In this document: positions 31,675 through 40,064 of the stretch, one piece after another
How positions within the stretch are numbered: position 1 is the first letter of the stretch
Layout of the letters: every line of letters begins with the position of its first letter
IMG/VR virus record: IMGVR_UViG_3300020477_000013
Coordinates: 1-64,000 of that record
Source of the DNA: a virus
Lineage: Duplodnaviria > Caudoviricetes
Length of the DNA stretch: 64,000 bases
Strand: one strand, 5' to 3'
Made by a program: the position numbers and the translations under genes
Notes under the pieces: generated by a model
What the model was told of the DNA's origin: nothing
Seen by the model: the letters and a program-made list of their open reading frames with translations, nothing else
The model's database searches: none

Positions 31675-32187
31675 ATGGCTCGTCGTTATACAATGGTAGA
31701 GTTACCTTCTGCACCACCTGCTGAGCCCGCGATGGGTGCTTCCGGTGTTGGGACGCAGAAGTTGTTTCCCGGATCGCCGATTTACACGCAGAAAGGCACC
31801 GATATAGAAGAATTTACTGATGAAGGTATAAAGGATTGGTATCAGGCCAATGTACTAAATGCCGAAATTAAGTCAGATACATTTGGCACGTTTAGTACTG
31901 AGTTTTTAGGTGCTCCTGATTTGGGTGCTGTAGTCGTAGGGGGAGGTGGGGATCCGTCTACACCCTATACTCCGAATCTTACATCTCCTGGTGAGGGATC
32001 GGTTAACCCTAAGGATCAAAAAGAGATGGATCCAGCATCCTTACCCTCCGCAACTGATGGTACATACGGCTCTGGCGGATCTACTACAAATCCGGCCAAG
32101 ACATCGCCGAAAATTGCCGGCTCTACTTTGGGTGAGTATCTGCTTAAGCCTCCTGGCGAAGCGCAATACCCGGGTACTGGGCGATAG
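31675..32187 (+). CDS. Pro/Gly-rich hypothetical virion protein, paralog A
   Basis: 170 aa with AAGGAG SD. Shares FPxSPI and PNLxSP motifs with the next gene. Confidence 0.6.
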   Translation: MARRYTMVELPSAPPAEPAMGASGVGTQKLFPGSPIYTQKGTDIEEFTDEGIKDWYQANVLNAEIKSDTFGTFSTEFLGAPDLGAVVVGGGGDPSTPYTPNLTSPGEGSVNPKDQKEMDPASLPSATDGTYGSGGSTTNPAKTSPKIAGSTLGEYLLKPPGEAQYPGTGR

Positions 32188-32213
32188 AATTTCTTTCATA
32201 GCTAGGAGACAGC

Positions 32214-32942
32214 GTGAACCACAGGACGGTTGATTTTAATCCAACAGTGGCTAGCCTGGATTTTCTGGAAGATGCTTCGCTATTATCAGTTTCAGATTCT
32301 GTTGAGATAGCGAAGCAGTTTCCGCTAAGTCCAATTATAGGCTCCCACGGAGGCTCTCCAAAGCTAACAGCCAATGAGGTTGCTCGACTATTTCGTTCTG
32401 AGGTTATGAGGTGGGTTTTAACTGAGACTGGCATGGTCGATCCGGATAAAGTGAACCGCGTAGACCCCACTGCTGCAGCCTACTGGGGATTTACGTCACC
32501 GTCAGTTCCCAATTTAGCATACCACCAAGACGGTAAGCAGTCGCTGCCAGAATATGATATTTTAGGTCATGGGTCTGGTGACCCACTAAATTCATTTGTC
32601 CCTAATTTAATGTCGCCAAGCTTAAACACCCCATTTGATCCACTCAATATTCCACAGGGTTGGGATGAGGTAGAGAACACTGCATTATTGAGAAAATCTA
32701 TAGAGATGGTGGACAACCTTAGGGGATCGTCATTTGGATCTGGACCTGGTACCGAGTTATCTCCATACGATGCAGCTAGAAATTTAGCGGGTAGTTCTCC
32801 GTGGAGAGGCGGGTGGAAGGTAAATGCCGAGGATGTAGATGTGGGCATGATTAATTGGTATGAGATGGGATCTAGTGGAATGACAGATAATCATTTAGAA
32901 TTTGATGACATGTCAAACCCTGTACCAGCCGGCGCAGGCTAA
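32214..32942 (+). CDS. Hypothetical virion protein, paralog B (GTG start)
   Basis: 242 aa with AGGAG SD. QFPLSPII and FVPNLMSP motifs. Confidence 0.55.
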   Translation: MNHRTVDFNPTVASLDFLEDASLLSVSDSVEIAKQFPLSPIIGSHGGSPKLTANEVARLFRSEVMRWVLTETGMVDPDKVNRVDPTAAAYWGFTSPSVPNLAYHQDGKQSLPEYDILGHGSGDPLNSFVPNLMSPSLNTPFDPLNIPQGWDEVENTALLRKSIEMVDNLRGSSFGSGPGTELSPYDAARNLAGSSPWRGGWKVNAEDVDVGMINWYEMGSSGMTDNHLEFDDMSNPVPAGAG

Positions 32943-32976
32943 TGTGCACTAGTGATACAACGATATAGTTATTATC

Positions 32977-33603
32977 ATGAGTGGAAAGAGTAAAATAGAT
33001 CAGCGGGGTAGTAACCCGAGCCATAGCCCTGTTTTTCAAGACGACAGGAAAGGGCTAGGGTACGGGCAGACATACCCTACTGGGTTTAATTCCACCAAGA
33101 GTTCACAGACATCATTTCCCTATAGGGATCCTGATCCATACGAAGATGATGAACCGATTGACTCATTCGATGATGATGAATTAGACATATTCATAAAGAA
33201 AGTCAATGGTGATATAATGCCTACAGATTTTATGGCAGGAAATAGCACTGATAGAACTTACTTTGTCGCTGGTAATACTAGGGGCCTAACAGGTGTAATG
33301 GAGTCAGGAGTTCCAGTTGCATCTAACAGCATTAGTGCATTGCCGGGCTGGTCAAAAAAGATTCAAGCCACATCAGGTGGGTATGGAACTAATGCTGCAT
33401 TTACCACGGGGCCTTATAAAAGAACAGGGACAACAATGGGTTATTCACATCGCCCACCACATGATGATGTTTATGATCCTGAAGAAGAATTGACTGCTTT
33501 CACCATTCAAGATATCCTACAGGATGATGAGCGTATCTTGGCTAAGACAAAACTAGTGCAAGATAAGATAGACAGGCTTAACAGGTTAGGTAATAATGTC
33601 TAG
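32977..33603 (+). CDS. Hypothetical protein
   Basis: 208 aa, ATAGTTA motif 5 nt upstream, overlaps the bS21 start. Confidence 0.6.
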   Translation: MSGKSKIDQRGSNPSHSPVFQDDRKGLGYGQTYPTGFNSTKSSQTSFPYRDPDPYEDDEPIDSFDDDELDIFIKKVNGDIMPTDFMAGNSTDRTYFVAGNTRGLTGVMESGVPVASNSISALPGWSKKIQATSGGYGTNAAFTTGPYKRTGTTMGYSHRPPHDDVYDPEEELTAFTIQDILQDDERILAKTKLVQDKIDRLNRLGNNV

Positions 33604-33820
33604 CTCAAGGGTCTACAATGTTGAAGTTCGTCTCGGAAAAAAGACACGCAATTTTAATCAATTACTGCGTAAGTTCATGAAAATGTGTAAAGAAGAAGGC
33701 ATAGTTCGTGAAGTTAAAGACCGCTCTTTTTATGAGTCAAAGGCCCAAAAAAGGCGCAGGAAGAAACATGCATCAAAGATGAGGCACAAGAAAAAGCGCC
33801 TCCAGGTAAAAGATAAGTGA
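33596..33820 (+). CDS. rpsU: Phage-encoded 30S ribosomal protein bS21
   Basis: 74 aa. LLRKFMKMCKEEGIVREVKDRSFYESKAQKRRRKK parallels the bS21 pattern LRRFKR.C...G...E...R.FYEKP...R. Confidence 0.88.
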   Translation: MSSSRVYNVEVRLGKKTRNFNQLLRKFMKMCKEEGIVREVKDRSFYESKAQKRRRKKHASKMRHKKKRLQVKDK

Positions 33821-33869
33821 ATTAGCGGCTTTGATATGTATATTTAAGTTAAACTTCTAGGAGTGTTTT

Positions 33870-35663
33870 ATGTCTAAACTCTTTAAAGAAGCCATCGCTG
33901 AGGCAAAACAGCTTCGGCACCTGGCTGAAGAGAATGCAAAAAATAAGATTATTGAGTCTATGACGCCAAAGATTAGGCACCTGATTGAACAGGAATTAAT
34001 GGATAGCGTCGAAGAAGATATCGTGGATGATCCTGATGGTGCTGGCGTTGGTGATATTTCTCCAATGGGTGATTTACTGCTAGCTGACACTGACACTGAG
34101 GAAGTGGATTCTATGTCATTTGATTTAGATGACCTTGCATCTTCAACGGACAATCCTCTTGTGTCGATACAGGTTGACGGTACCGCGAATATAGGCGTCG
34201 GCGCTGACACCGGTCTAGAGTCAGAGTCTTCTGAGGGGGATGATGATGAGCTTGTTGAGCTGACTAGCGAGTCCGCAAAGGCATTAGCAGGAATTTTAAA
34301 TTCTTCCTCCAGGGGGAAAAGTTCTTTTGTATTAGAAAGAAAAATTCGCCGTTTACAAACTAGGATTGCTAAGTTTGATAGGCTTTTAAGATGGGGAAAC
34401 TTGCAGGGTGCAAGTTCCTCCCTACGAGAGTCTGCCCGTAAACATTACACACAATTGTTAAAAGAAATGATAAGTTTACAGGGAGACGTAATATTTACTG
34501 AAGGAGCGACAGACAAGGATATTCGCTCGGGATTCAATCGACTAGTAAAGGAGATGAGGAAAATGTCAAGGCGACACGCAGAGACTCTATTTAACAGACT
34601 TTTTGAAGGTACTGATGAAGAAATTGAGGAAACAGGGGACGAGCAATTAGATGAGCTTGATCTCGTGTTTGCTGAGGATGACTTAGATGTCTTGGGTGTC
34701 GAGGCGCCTGAGGATGTCGATGTTACAACACTCGATGTTGGCGTTGAAATGGCCGGCGACGAAGAGGGTGGAGAAGAAGTTGACGTTGAAGAAGAGGAGG
34801 AAGAGATCGATCTTGAAGAGCTTGATATAATCCTCTCCGACGAAGACTTAGGCACTCTCGGCGTAGAAGACACAGAGGACGTCGATGTCACGATGCTCGA
34901 TGTTGGTGTTGAAATGGCCGGTGAAGAAGAAGGTGCTGAAGAGGAAGTTGAGATTGAGGATGACGAGGAGTTAGAGATATCCGAGTCTATGCTCCGTCGG
35001 GAACTTCGTCGTATGCGTCGTCTTCGTGAGCAGGATGAGGCAATTGATGCTGATCCTGCATTGGCACATGGAGGAGAAGATCTAGGTGATGTTATCGTTG
35101 ATGTAGATGAAGAAGATCTTATTAACGCACTTGCTGATGAGCTTGGTTCCGCCGACGTCGCCCCAACAGTCGAATCCAGAATACGGCGTAGAGTTGCCAG
35201 CAGGCGACGCTCCAGTCGAATTTCCGAATCTCGAGCCCGCCGCGCACCTAGGCGTCGCGTGGCTAATAAGGTAAATAAGAGCCGCAGAAATCGTGCTCTT
35301 ACCGGTAAGCTGCTTGAATACAAGAAGGCGGTTGGTTCCCTCCGCGGACAGCTTAACGAGATGAACCTGTTTAACGCTAAGCTTCTTTATGTAAATAAGC
35401 TAATGCAGAACAGGAATCTTTCGCCCAAGCAACAGAGGGCAATTGTCGAGGCATTAGATAATGCAAAGACTCTTAGGGAAGCCAAGTTGCTCTATAAGAG
35501 CTTAACTTCATCTCTCAATAAGCGCTCAACGCTTAAAGAGGGAGCAGTTCGCAGGACGCTCGGTTCATCTTCCAGATCAACCCGGTCGGCGCAGCCGTCC
35601 ACTAGTGGTGTTGAGGTAGATCGATGGGCTGTTCTTGCAGGTATTAACAACAAGAACAATTAA
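33870..35663 (+). CDS. Prohead core scaffold protein (gp22-like position), highly acidic
   Basis: Directly upstream of MCP. Helical N-terminus LFKEAIAEAKQLR, acidic middle, coiled-coil C-terminus LNEMNLFNAKLLYVNKL...AKTLREAKLLY. Confidence 0.8.
   Translation: MSKLFKEAIAEAKQLRHLAEENAKNKIIESMTPKIRHLIEQELMDSVEEDIVDDPDGAGVGDISPMGDLLLADTDTEEVDSMSFDLDDLASSTDNPLVSIQVDGTANIGVGADTGLESESSEGDDDELVELTSESAKALAGILNSSSRGKSSFVLERKIRRLQTRIAKFDRLLRWGNLQGASSSLRESARKHYTQLLKEMISLQGDVIFTEGATDKDIRSGFNRLVKEMRKMSRRHAETLFNRLFEGTDEEIEETGDEQLDELDLVFAEDDLDVLGVEAPEDVDVTTLDVGVEMAGDEEGGEEVDVEEEEEEIDLEELDIILSDEDLGTLGVEDTEDVDVTMLDVGVEMAGEEEGAEEEVEIEDDEELEISESMLRRELRRMRRLREQDEAIDADPALAHGGEDLGDVIVDVDEEDLINALADELGSADVAPTVESRIRRRVASRRRSSRISESRARRAPRRRVANKVNKSRRNRALTGKLLEYKKAVGSLRGQLNEMNLFNAKLLYVNKLMQNRNLSPKQQRAIVEALDNAKTLREAKLLYKSLTSSLNKRSTLKEGAVRRTLGSSSRSTRSAQPSTSGVEVDRWAVLAGINNKNN
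34653..34982 (+). repeat. Two-copy 165-nt (55-aa) tandem repeat inside the scaffold
   Basis: GAGCTTGAT at 34653 and 34818. ELD.....DL..LGVE..EDVDVT.LDVGVEMAG.EEG.EE occurs twice. Confidence 0.9.
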
Positions 35664-35706
35664 TCGATTTCAACACATAGTCAAAATTATTTAAGGAGAT
35701 ATAAAG

Positions 35707-37638
35707 ATGGCTAAGAATTTTTCACTAAATCAATTGACGGAGGGCATTCGCCAGCGCCACCTCGGTGCTCAGAACCGTCGTCTCGTTGATAAGTGGTCCC
35801 GTACCGGTCTTCTTCGTGGTTTGGATGGCGTTTCTAGAGAGAACATGTCCAGGCTTCTTGAGAATCAGGCTGGCCAGGTCCTTCGCGAGGCAAATTCACT
35901 TTCAACTGGTGGAGGAAACGTTTCGTCTTCCGGAGACCTTCGAGGCTTTAGCAATATTGCTTTCCCCCTCGTTCGTCGCGTTTTCGGCGGGCTCGTTGCG
36001 AATGAGCTAGTCTCCATCCAGCCAATGAGCCTTCCTTCCGGACTGCTCTTCTACTTGGATTACACATATGGCACCCAGGTTGGCGGCGGCGGCGGCCCCG
36101 GTAATAACAGTGCGGCATACATGTCGGGTACATCCATTTATAACCAGCCCGTTGGTAAGGGCGTAAGGTCAGGTTCACTGGGTATCGGTGGACAGTATAA
36201 CCTTGCTGGTTCGGGTTACTCACGTGTTAACGTAAGCACCGCAAAGGCCCTAGGTTATGGTGCCCTACACGCTTCTGGTGCCTACCAGGGCAACTCTTCG
36301 CTCCAGACGAACAGCAACGATGGTGTCTTCATGCACGCTACAGGTACTGATGGAAAGAACCTCCAGTTCGATCCACAGCTTGTTAATCTCATTGAAGATA
36401 CTCCGGCTGCAATTAATTCTGGTGCTACTTACTTGACGGTTGTTCTTAAGACAGCTGACATGACAGGTTCCGGAGACCAGAAGGGTGATCTTACACTTGC
36501 TAAGGAGTTTGCACTCTACGCGACTAATACAGAGACACTCCCGAATGGTCTTGCAACGATAAGCACCTCTGGTGCTAACGCTGTACAGTCTGGCCAGAAT
36601 CTTTTCAATGTTAGAAGGCTCACACAGGTTGGTGAGTGGGATGGCACAAGCTTTACCCCGAACCCACTTGTTGATAGGGACGCCTCAAATGGCGCTGTTC
36701 TTCTTATTTGCTCTGGTAACGGTCATGACACTTCCGACATGGACAGGGTTAGCCTTAGCTTCCCCCTTGATCCGGTCTTAAGCGCTGGTAGCGATGCTGA
36801 CAGCTTGACAATTCCGACATTTGAGTCTAACTTTGGCACTGATCCTTCTCCGGAGATTCCTGAGATTGATATTAAGGTTGAGTCAATTGCTGTTACCGCC
36901 GTTACACGTAAGTTACGTGCTCGCTGGTCACCAGAATTGGCACAGGATCTCAATGCTTACCACAGCCTTGACGCCGAGGTGGAGCTAACCCAGATTCTTT
37001 CTGAGCAAATTGCTCTAGAGATTGATAGGGAGATCTTGAATGACCTTCTTACCCAGGCAGCAACGACCCGTTACTGGTCACGCGCACCTGGTAAGTTTGT
37101 CAATCGTGAGACTGGTGCTGAGGTCAGCAAGTCTGATTCTCTTGCTCCTGGACCTGCTTTCACCGGTACGGTTCGAGAGTGGTATGAGACTCTTGTCGAG
37201 ACAGTCATTGATGTTGCCAATGAGATTCACAGGTTAACGCTTCGTGGGTCGGCTAACTTCGTTGTGGTTTCACCTGATGTTGCTACTATCCTCGAGGCCT
37301 CGGTCCTTTACAGGCCTGCTTACACCCTCGATGGTGATGGCCAGGTTGGTTCACCGTTCTCACTTGGTGCTGAGAAGGTTGGTACTCTTAGCAACCGCTT
37401 CACAGTCTACAAGGACCCTTACTTCCCACGGAACAAGGTCCTCGTTGGATACAAGGGCGGAAGCTATCTTGAGACTGGCTATGTCTATGCCCCGTATGTA
37501 CCCCTGATTGTTACTCCGACGATCTTTGCTCCTGAGGATTTCACCCCGCGTAAGGGTGTTATGACTCGCTACGGAAAGAAGATGGTTCGCAGCGACTTCT
37601 ATGGTACTGTTACGGTACTTGACCTCAACATCATCTAA
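35707..37638 (+). CDS. gp23: Major capsid protein (T4 gp23-like)
   Basis: FPLVRRVFGGLVANELVSIQPMSLPSGLLFYLDY, TRKLRARWSPELAQDLNAYHSLDAEVELT.ILSEQIALEIDREI, GYVYAPYVPL, KGVMTRYG. Confidence 0.97.
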   Translation: MAKNFSLNQLTEGIRQRHLGAQNRRLVDKWSRTGLLRGLDGVSRENMSRLLENQAGQVLREANSLSTGGGNVSSSGDLRGFSNIAFPLVRRVFGGLVANELVSIQPMSLPSGLLFYLDYTYGTQVGGGGGPGNNSAAYMSGTSIYNQPVGKGVRSGSLGIGGQYNLAGSGYSRVNVSTAKALGYGALHASGAYQGNSSLQTNSNDGVFMHATGTDGKNLQFDPQLVNLIEDTPAAINSGATYLTVVLKTADMTGSGDQKGDLTLAKEFALYATNTETLPNGLATISTSGANAVQSGQNLFNVRRLTQVGEWDGTSFTPNPLVDRDASNGAVLLICSGNGHDTSDMDRVSLSFPLDPVLSAGSDADSLTIPTFESNFGTDPSPEIPEIDIKVESIAVTAVTRKLRARWSPELAQDLNAYHSLDAEVELTQILSEQIALEIDREILNDLLTQAATTRYWSRAPGKFVNRETGAEVSKSDSLAPGPAFTGTVREWYETLVETVIDVANEIHRLTLRGSANFVVVSPDVATILEASVLYRPAYTLDGDGQVGSPFSLGAEKVGTLSNRFTVYKDPYFPRNKVLVGYKGGSYLETGYVYAPYVPLIVTPTIFAPEDFTPRKGVMTRYGKKMVRSDFYGTVTVLDLNII

Positions 37639-37662
37639 TTCTTATTAGAAAGAGATTGAGTT

Positions 37663-37700
37663 AAAGGGCACCCTTTTTTGGGGTGCCCTTTTTTTATTTT
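37663..37700 (+). terminator. Rho-independent terminator after MCP
   Basis: Perfect 11-bp stem AAAGGGCACCC / GGGTGCCCTTT with a 7-nt loop, followed by a T tract. Confidence 0.9.
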
Positions 37701-37734
37701 TAGTTTTTCTTTTTCTTAGTTTAATGTTATAATG

Positions 37735-37742
37735 TATTTATA
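37735..37742 (+). promoter_or_regulatory. Putative late promoter motif (TATTTATA)
   Basis: Variant of the recurring ATANTTA motif, 18 nt before the ATG at 37761, just after a terminator. Confidence 0.5.
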
Positions 37743-37760
37743 GAATTTTGGAGATAAGAG

Positions 37761-38078
37761 ATGCCATCATCTGTGAGAAAGTCTACTAAAGAGAAAGCAG
37801 CCTTAAAAAAGTCCGTTACACCAAAGAGTGTTAGTACTCCAAAGAAGTCGGCAACAAAGAAGGCGGTCACTAGAAAAAAAGCACCTGTGGCTCCACCACA
37901 ATCAACTCCAACAAAGACTACCAGCGCTAATAATACAACAGCTGCTTTAGAGAAAAGAATTGAGGTTCTTGAATCGAGGCTTACAACGCTTGTAAATGCT
38001 CTTCATACTGAGTTTAAGAGAGATATGAGAAAAGGCCCTCGAGGGGTTGCTAAGAGTATCGAGTCACTGCTCTCGTAA
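37761..38078 (+). CDS. Lys/Ala/Thr/Pro-rich basic protein with C-terminal coiled coil (histone H1-like composition)
   Basis: KKSVTPKSVSTPKKSATKKAVTRKKAP tract followed by ALEKRIEVLESRLTTLVNAL. GGAG SD. Confidence 0.7.
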   Translation: MPSSVRKSTKEKAALKKSVTPKSVSTPKKSATKKAVTRKKAPVAPPQSTPTKTTSANNTTAALEKRIEVLESRLTTLVNALHTEFKRDMRKGPRGVAKSIESLLS

Positions 38079-38110
38079 TGTCATTTTAGGCTGCTTTATT
38101 CTACAGTATA

Positions 38111-38117
38111 ATATTTA
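38111..38117 (+). promoter_or_regulatory. Putative late promoter motif ATATTTA
   Basis: 5 nt before the PAS gene ATG. Confidence 0.45.
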
Positions 38118-38122
38118 TCTGT

Positions 38123-38692
38123 ATGGATAAACCTAGTACCACTGGTAGCAATAGGAGTGATAGTTTACAAAAACTACACAAGCTATGTACTGAGCTGAAT
38201 GACAGAGATGATCAGCTTAAAAAAGATATTAATTTATTCGAGAGCTTTTTTACTAATTTTCCAGTCCCAGTAACAATGTGGTCGATAGGTAAAGATCATA
38301 CTGTTTTGTCTAAGAGAGGAAATGCTTTTACATGTGAAGAGGCCTCCACCTTAGATGATATCTTTAAGTGCCCGATTATCCGGGAACAATCAATAAAGAA
38401 ACATGAGCTCGCGCTGGAGGGAGACATAGTATCTTATTTTGTTGCTCACTCTAGCCATGTCTATTGGACTCGCCTGATCCCTAAGAAAAATAATGATGGT
38501 TCTATTGCCGGTGTTGTAGGAATTGCATGGGATGTTACATCGAATGCTATTATGTTATCTTCTCTAGAGAATGTAGTAGAGATGATAGAATCCGGTGAGT
38601 CGTTAGATGATATTAAACAGGAAGCGATGAGAGGAGTATCCAGTAGTCGCCTCAAGGCCCTTTTAGAGGATGAGGAGTCAATTGGTGGGTGA
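38123..38692 (+). CDS. Stand-alone PAS/PAC-domain protein
   Basis: LFESFFTNFPVPVTMW (PAS start), HELALEG (helical connector), YWTRLIPKKNNDGSIAGVVGIAWDVT (PAC motif ending DVT). Confidence 0.75.
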   Translation: MDKPSTTGSNRSDSLQKLHKLCTELNDRDDQLKKDINLFESFFTNFPVPVTMWSIGKDHTVLSKRGNAFTCEEASTLDDIFKCPIIREQSIKKHELALEGDIVSYFVAHSSHVYWTRLIPKKNNDGSIAGVVGIAWDVTSNAIMLSSLENVVEMIESGESLDDIKQEAMRGVSSSRLKALLEDEESIGG

Positions 38693-39011
38693 AGGAAACC
38701 AAAATGGATGGAATGAATATTCCAGACTTGTCTTAAAAGAGCTTGAAACCCTTGCAGATTCTATTGCAGGTTTAAGGTCTGAGCTACAAGAGGTGAAACA
38801 AGAGCTAGCCAAGATGCATGCTAGGGAAGATAAAGTAGACGAGCTTAAGCAGTGGAAAGAGAGGCTTGATGAGGTCTGTTCACCCCCTCAACTAAAAGAG
38901 CTAATAACGGAAGTCGAGAACCTAAAGACTTTTAAGACTAAGGCTATAGCATTTTTTACAGCAGCCCAGATCGCCACTGCACTTTTTGCATGGGCTGTAA
39001 ATTTCTTTTAA
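38685..39011 (+). CDS. Coiled-coil protein with C-terminal membrane anchor
   Basis: Heptad-rich body, then hydrophobic AIAFFTAAQIATALFAWAVNFF. GAGGAG SD favours GTG at 38685 over ATG 38670. Confidence 0.65.
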   Translation: MGEGNQNGWNEYSRLVLKELETLADSIAGLRSELQEVKQELAKMHAREDKVDELKQWKERLDEVCSPPQLKELITEVENLKTFKTKAIAFFTAAQIATALFAWAVNFF

Positions 39012-39060
39012 TTTCATCTGCATGTTGTTTTTTGGTTGTCATTGATCCTATTTATCGGTA

Positions 39061-39120
39061 GGCCCGGTCCAAATAATCACCTGACACCCGCAGGGGATCG
39101 GAATCATCGGGAGCAAGGAG
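39061..39120 (+). ncRNA. Candidate structured 5' leader RNA
   Basis: GC-rich island. CCGGTCC(39064-70) pairs with GGATCGG(39095-101); inner CCTG/CAGG hairpin. Lies between a CTATTTA motif and the AAGGAG SD. Confidence 0.35.
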
Positions 39121-39127
39121 AAAGATT

Positions 39128-39520
39128 ATGCCAAAAGTAGCCTATACAACAAAAAAGGGCCTCGTTCAATCAGGCGGTGGTGGATTCGTTAACGGATATT
39201 TCCAATCAGGTGGTAGTACTACATCAGCTGCCGATTCACTCGCGATTCCCGTAACCCACAGTGTGGTGGCAAAAACAACAGGCGGCGATGCTGAGACCCT
39301 AACACTAGCAAACGGCCAACCCGGACAAGTGTTAACCATTTATATTGCAACAGATGGTGGGGGCGACGGAACGCTGTCTGCGACCACGATGACCGGCTGG
39401 GCGACCATAGTTTTTGCTGACGCCGGTGATCGCGCAGTTCTTCAATATATCGATGATACTATCGGATGGATTATCCTTGGCCTTTCTGGTGTTGCTGGCC
39501 CTCCAGTAACAACTGTATAA
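39128..39520 (+). CDS. Small beta-rich virion decoration/fibre-like protein, paralog 1
   Basis: 130 aa with AAGGAG SD. MPK..YT..KGLVQS N-terminus. Strongly similar to 39540..39920. Confidence 0.6.
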   Translation: MPKVAYTTKKGLVQSGGGGFVNGYFQSGGSTTSAADSLAIPVTHSVVAKTTGGDAETLTLANGQPGQVLTIYIATDGGGDGTLSATTMTGWATIVFADAGDRAVLQYIDDTIGWIILGLSGVAGPPVTTV

Positions 39521-39539
39521 TAGATAAGGGAGAAAGATC

Positions 39540-39920
39540 ATGCCAAAAATGACCTATACGACCTCGAAAGGTCTAGTTCAATCAAGGGGCTCCGGCGCTC
39601 AAAATTTGTACTACATGAATCCAGGAAGCACAACAGGCTCAGGTGCTGGTGCAGTTCCAATCACACATGCATATGTTGCGATGACAGCCGGTGGAACCGT
39701 TGCCTGGACTATTGCCGATGGACTTCCTGGCCAGGTCCTACAAATTTACTCAGTAGATGCAAATACGGGAACACTTACACCCGACACCTCAACAGGTTGG
39801 GCAACGATCGTGTTTACCGACATCGGTGATCGCGCAGTTCTTCAATATATTGATGATACTATCGGGTGGATAATTCTGAGCCTTAGTGGCGTCTCGGCGC
39901 CACCGACTTCAACAGTTTAA
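39540..39920 (+). CDS. Small beta-rich virion decoration/fibre-like protein, paralog 2
   Basis: 126 aa. Shares TGWATIVF.D.GDRAVLQYIDDTIGWIIL with paralog 1. Confidence 0.6.
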   Translation: MPKMTYTTSKGLVQSRGSGAQNLYYMNPGSTTGSGAGAVPITHAYVAMTAGGTVAWTIADGLPGQVLQIYSVDANTGTLTPDTSTGWATIVFTDIGDRAVLQYIDDTIGWIILSLSGVSAPPTSTV

Positions 39921-39944
39921 TATTCGTTGTCTGATGTCCTTAAT

Positions 39945-39979
39945 AGTCCCCTTCCTTCTGGTTGGGGGCTTTTTTTATT
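39945..39979 (+). terminator. Rho-independent terminator
   Basis: AGTCCCC / GGGGGCT stem followed by a T7 tract. Confidence 0.7.
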
Positions 39980-40064
39980 CTTTGCTTGTTATGGTAATTC
40001 ATCATTTTTACTTTAAGAATCGTATACGTACAATAATTATAGCATAACATAAGTGAGATAGAAG

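Noticed and set aside
34445-35323. 292-aa Ser-rich minus-strand ORF
   Set aside because: Antisense shadow of the Glu/Asp-rich scaffold (GAA/GAG/GAT codons read as Ser/Ile/Leu on the other strand). No SD or motifs.
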